Below, piece after piece: positions 59,580-64,000 of a stretch of 64,000 nt of DNA (the stretch's first letter is position 1; every line of letters starts with the position of its first letter). Origin of the DNA: Eledone cirrhosa (Eukaryota); assembly GCA_964016885.1 (NCBI GenBank), contig CAXHJY010000928.1, positions 558,001-622,000 on the forward strand, read 5' to 3'. The position numbers and the translations under genes are program-made. The notes under the pieces are model-generated. The model was not told where the DNA came from. It did not search any database and worked only from the letters and a program-made list of their open reading frames with translations.

Positions 59580-62500
59580 TGTGTTAGTGATGTTATGAGA
59601 GACACAAGAGACAACACTTACTACACTGTCATCATTGTTAGTGATGTTATGAGAGACACAAGAGACAACACTTACTACACTGTCATCATTGTGTTAGTGA
59701 TGTTATGAGAGAGACATGAGACAACACTTACTACACTGTCATCATTGTGTTAGTGATGTTATGAGATAGACATGAGGCAACACTTACCACACTGTCATCA
59801 TTGTATTAGTGATGTTATGAGAGAGACAAGAGACAACACTTACTACACTGTCATCATTGTTTTAGTGGTGTTATGAGAGAGATGTTGAGACAGCACTTAC
59901 TACACTGTTAGCATTGTGTTAGTGATGTTATGAGAGAGACATGAGACAACACTTACTACACTGTCATCATTGTGTTAGTGATGTTATGAGAGAGACATGA
60001 GACAACACTTACTACACTGTCATCATTGTGTTAGTGATGTTATGAGAGAGACATGAGACAACACTTACTACACTGTCATCATTGTGTTAGTGATGTTATG
60101 AGAGAGACATGAGACAACACTTACTACACTGTCATCATTGTATTAGTGATGTTATGAGAGAGACAAGAGACAACACTTACTACACTGTCATCATTGTATT
60201 AGTGTTGTTATGAGAGAGATGTTGAGACAGCACTTACTACACTGTCATCATTGTATTAGTGGTGTTATGAGAGAGACATGAGACAACACTTATTATACTG
60301 TCATCATTGTGTTAGTGATGTTATGAGAGACACAAGAGACAACACTTACTACACTGTCATCAATGTTAGTGATGTTATGAGAGACACAAGAGACAACACT
60401 TACTACACTGTCATCATTGTGTTAGTGATGTTATGAGAGAGACATGAGACAACACTTACTACACTGTCATCATTGTGTTAGTGATGTTATGAGATAGACA
60501 TGAGGCAACACTTACTACACTGTCATCATTGTATTAGTGATGTTATGAGAGAGACAAGAGACAACACTTACTAGACTGTCATCATTGTATTAGTGGTGTT
60601 ATGAGAGAGACATGAGACAACACTTACTACACTGTCATCATTGTGTTAGTGATGTTATGAGAGAGACATGAGACAGCACTTACTACACTGTCATCATTGG
60701 GTTAGTGATGTTATGAGAGAGATGTTGAGACAGCACTTACTACACTGTCATTGTATTAGTGGTGTTATGAGAGAGACATGAGGCAACACTTACTACACTG
60801 TCATCATTGTATTAGTGGTGTTATGAGAGAGACATGAGACAACACTTACTACACTGCCATCATTGTGTTAGTGATGTTATGAGAGAGACATGAGACAACA
60901 CTTACTACACTGTCATCATTGTATTAGTGATGTTATGAGAGAGACAAGAGACACCACTTACTACACTGTCATCATTGTTAGTGATGTTATGAGAGACACA
61001 AGAGACAACACTTACTACACTGTCATCATTGTGTTAGTGATGTTATGAGAGAGACATGAGACAACACTTACTACACTGTCATCATTATGTTAGTGATGTC
61101 ATGAGAGAGACATGAGACAACACTTACTACACTGTCATCATTGTATTAGTGATGTTATGAGAGAGACAAGAGACACCACTTACTACACTGTCATCATTGT
61201 TAGTGATGTTATGAGAGACACAAGAGACAACACTTACTACACTGTCATCATTGTGTTAGTGATGTTATGAGAGAGACATGAGACAACACTTACTACACTG
61301 TCATCATTGTATTAGTGATGTTATGAGAGAGACAAGAGACAACACTTACTACACTGTCATCATTGTGTTAGTGATGTTATGAGAGACACAAGAGACAACA
61401 CTTACTACGCTGTCATCATTGTGTTAGTGATGTTATGAGAGAGACATGAGACTACACTTACTACACTGTCATCATTGTGTTAGTGATGTTATGAGAGAGA
61501 CATGAGACAACACTTACTACACTGTCATCATTGTGTTAGTGATGTTATGAGAGACACAAGAGACAACACTTGCTACGCTGTCATCATTGCGTTAGTGATG
61601 TTATGAGAGAGACATGAGACTACACTTACTACACTGTCATCATTGTGTTAGTGATGTTATGAGAGACACAAGAGACAACACTTACTACGCTGTCATCATT
61701 GTGTTAGTGATGTTATGAGAGAGACATGAGACTACACTGTCATCATTGTGTTAGTGATGTTATGAGAGAGACATGAGACAACACTTACTACACTGTCATC
61801 ATTGTGTTAGTGATGTTATGAGAGACACAAGAGACAACACTTACTACGCTGTCATCATTGTGTTAGTGATGTTATGAGAGAGACATGAGACTACACTTAC
61901 TACACTGTCATCATTGTGTTAGTGATGTTATGAGAGAGACATGAGACAACACTTACTACACTGTCATCATTGTATTAGTGATGTTATGAGAGAGACAAGA
62001 GACAACACTTACTACACTGTCAGCATTGTGTTAGTGATATTTTGAGAGACATGAGACACTTACTACACTGTCATCATTGTATTAGTGATGTTATGAGAGA
62101 GACAAGAGACAACACTTACTACACTGTCATCATTGTGTTAGTGATGTTATGAGAGACACAAGAGACAACACTTACTACGCTGTCATCATTGTGTTAGTGA
62201 TGTTATGAGAGAGACATGAGACTACACTTACTACACTGTCATCATTGTGTTAGTGATGTTATGAGAGACACAAGAGACAACACTTACTACGCTGTCATCA
62301 TTGTGTTAGTGATGTTATGAGAGAGACATGAGACAACACTTACTACACTGTCATCATTGTGTTAGTGATGTTATGAGAGAGACATGAGTCAACACTTACT
62401 ACACTGTCATCATTGTGTTAGTGATGTTATGAGAGACACAAGAGACAACACTTACTACACTGTCATCATTGTTAGTGATGTTATGAGAGACACAAGAGAC

Positions 62501-64000
62501 AACACTTACTACACTGTCATCATTGTGTTAGTGATGTTATGAGAGAGACATGAGACAACACTTACTACACTGTCATCATTGTGTTAGTGATGTTATGAGA
62601 TAGACATGAGGCAACACTTACTACACTGTCATCATTGTATTAGTGATGTTATGAGAGAGACAAGAGACAACACTTACTACACTGTCATCATTGTATTAGT
62701 GGTGTTATGAGAGAGATGTTGAGACAGCACTTACTACACTGTTAGAATTGTGTTAGTGATGTTATGAGAGAGACATGAGACAACACTTACTACACTGTCA
62801 TCATTGTGTTAGTGATGTTATGAGAGAGACATGAGACAACACTTACTGCACTGTCATCATTGTGTTAGTGATGTTATGAGAGACACAAGAGACAACACTT
62901 ACTACACTGTCATCATTGTGTTAGTGATGTTTTGAGAGACACAAGAGACTACACTGTCATCATTGTGTTAGTGATGTTATGAGAGAGACATGAGACAACA
63001 CTTACTACACTGTCATCATTGTGTTAGTGATGTTATGAGAGAGACATGAGACAACACTTACTACACTGTCATCATTGTGATAGTGATGTTATGAGAGAGA
63101 CACGAGACAACACTTACTACACTGTCATCATTGTGTTAGTGATGTTATGAGAGAGACATGAGACTACACTTACTACACTGTCATCATTGTTAGTGATGTT
63201 ATGAGAGACACAAGAGACAACACTTACTACACTGTCATCATTGTGTTAGTGATGTTATGAGAGAGACATGAGACTACACTTACTACACTGTCATCATTGT
63301 GTTAGTGATGTTATGAGAGACACAAGAGACAACACTTACTACACTGTCATCATTGTGTTAGTGATGTTATGAGAGAGATGTTGAGACAGCACTTACTACA
63401 CTGTCATTGTATTAGTGGTGTTATGAGAGAGACATGAGACAACACTTACTACACTGTCATCATTGTATTAGTGGTGTTATGAGAGAGACATGAGACAACA
63501 CTTACTACACTGTCATCATTGTGTTAGTGATGTTATGAGAGAGACATGAGACAACACTTACTACACTGTCATCATTGTATTAGTGATGTTATGAGAGAGA
63601 CAAGAGACAACACTTACTACACTGTCATCATTGTTAGTGACTTTATGAGAGACACAAGAGACAACACTTACTACACTGTCATCATTGTGTTAGTGATGTT
63701 ATGAGAGAGACATGAGACAACACTTACTACACTGTCATCATTGTGTTAGTGATGTTATGAGAGAGACATGAGACAACACTTACTACACTGTCATCATTGT
63801 ATTAGTGTTGTTATGAGAGACACATGAGACAACACTTACTACGCTGTCATCATTGTGTTAGTGATGTTATGAGAGAGACATGAGATTACACTTACTACAC
63901 TGTCATCATTGTGTTAGTGATGTTATGAGAGACACAAGAGACAACACTTACTACGCTGTCATCATTGTGTTAGTGATGTTATGAGAGAGACATGAGACTA
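59580..64000. repeat. Copy of 47487-51916 (12,093-bp offset), continuing beyond the window
   Basis: TTACCAC 47691/59784, TATTATACT 48198/60291 and TTAGAATTG 50649/62742 are all 12,093 apart. After a 9-bp deletion at ~62950 the offset becomes 12,084 (GATTAC 51801/63885). Confidence 0.85.

Larger units (their letters stand above)
1..64000. repeat. Tandem satellite array, 56-bp monomer (~1,150 copies, single orientation, open at both ends)
   Basis: TGTGTTAGTG starts at 1, 57, 113, 169, 225 and 281, a period of 56. Every line of the window is the consensus or a close variant. Length variants of 47, 51, 53, 54, 57 and 58 bp arise from small indels. No non-repeat sequence was seen. Confidence 0.99.

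Noticed and set aside
1-64000. CRISPR array
   Set aside because: There are no unique spacers. The full 56 bp is repeated with only point or short indel variants, and no leader or cas genes are present.
1-64000. Repetitive protein-coding ORF
   Set aside because: The + strand consensus has stops in all three frames (TAG 6, TGA 17, TGA 28). The - strand has stops in two frames per monomer, and because 56 is not a multiple of 3, any frame closes within about two monomers.
1-64000. Rolling-circle or sequencing concatemer artefact, or a synthetic construct
   Set aside because: Variants are inherited in nested, colinear blocks with exact offsets, which indicates evolutionary duplication rather than random error or design. 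Individual large duplications could still be misassemblies.
1-64000. Embedded transposon, inversion or unique island
   Set aside because: Reading through, I found no stretch departing from the monomer and no reverse-complement monomers (ATGATGACAGTGTAGTAAG).
1-64000. Assignment to a named satellite family, taxon or centromere
   Set aside because: I do not recognise the monomer, and it has no CENP-B box. A BLAST, Dfam or Repbase search and chromatin data are needed.

Overview
The whole 64-kb window is one uninterrupted, head-to-tail satellite array of a 56-bp monomer, all on one orientation. The consensus is TGTGTTAGTGATGTTATGAGAGAGACATGAGACAACACTTACTACACTGTCATCAT (21/56 = 37.5% GC), in roughly 1,150 copies, and the array runs off both ends. 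I found no genes, RNA genes, transposon fragments, CRISPR spacers, inversions or unique sequence, and I do not recognise the satellite family or organism. A eukaryotic heterochromatic origin is likely but inferred. The information lies in the order of monomer variants. Rare markers tracked by hand show a nested hierarchy: 56-bp monomer, 112-bp A/B dimer, an older ~1-kb variant module recurring at 1.3-3.1 kb spacing, and long higher-order repeats (HORs). These are a ~2.6-3.1 kb unit at 0.8-9.2 kb, a 6,444-bp unit in four near-identical copies at 10.5-37 kb, and a ~8.4-kb unit at 41-64 kb. Recent in-register duplications (1,209, 2,486, 2,657, ~3,000 and 12,093 bp) and a 1,670-bp deletion are superimposed. 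The monomer has no GG/CC/GC/CG dinucleotide, has G-only and C-only halves, and contains two overlapping potential hairpins. Marker offsets were counted manually, and block boundaries are approximate to about one monomer or a few.
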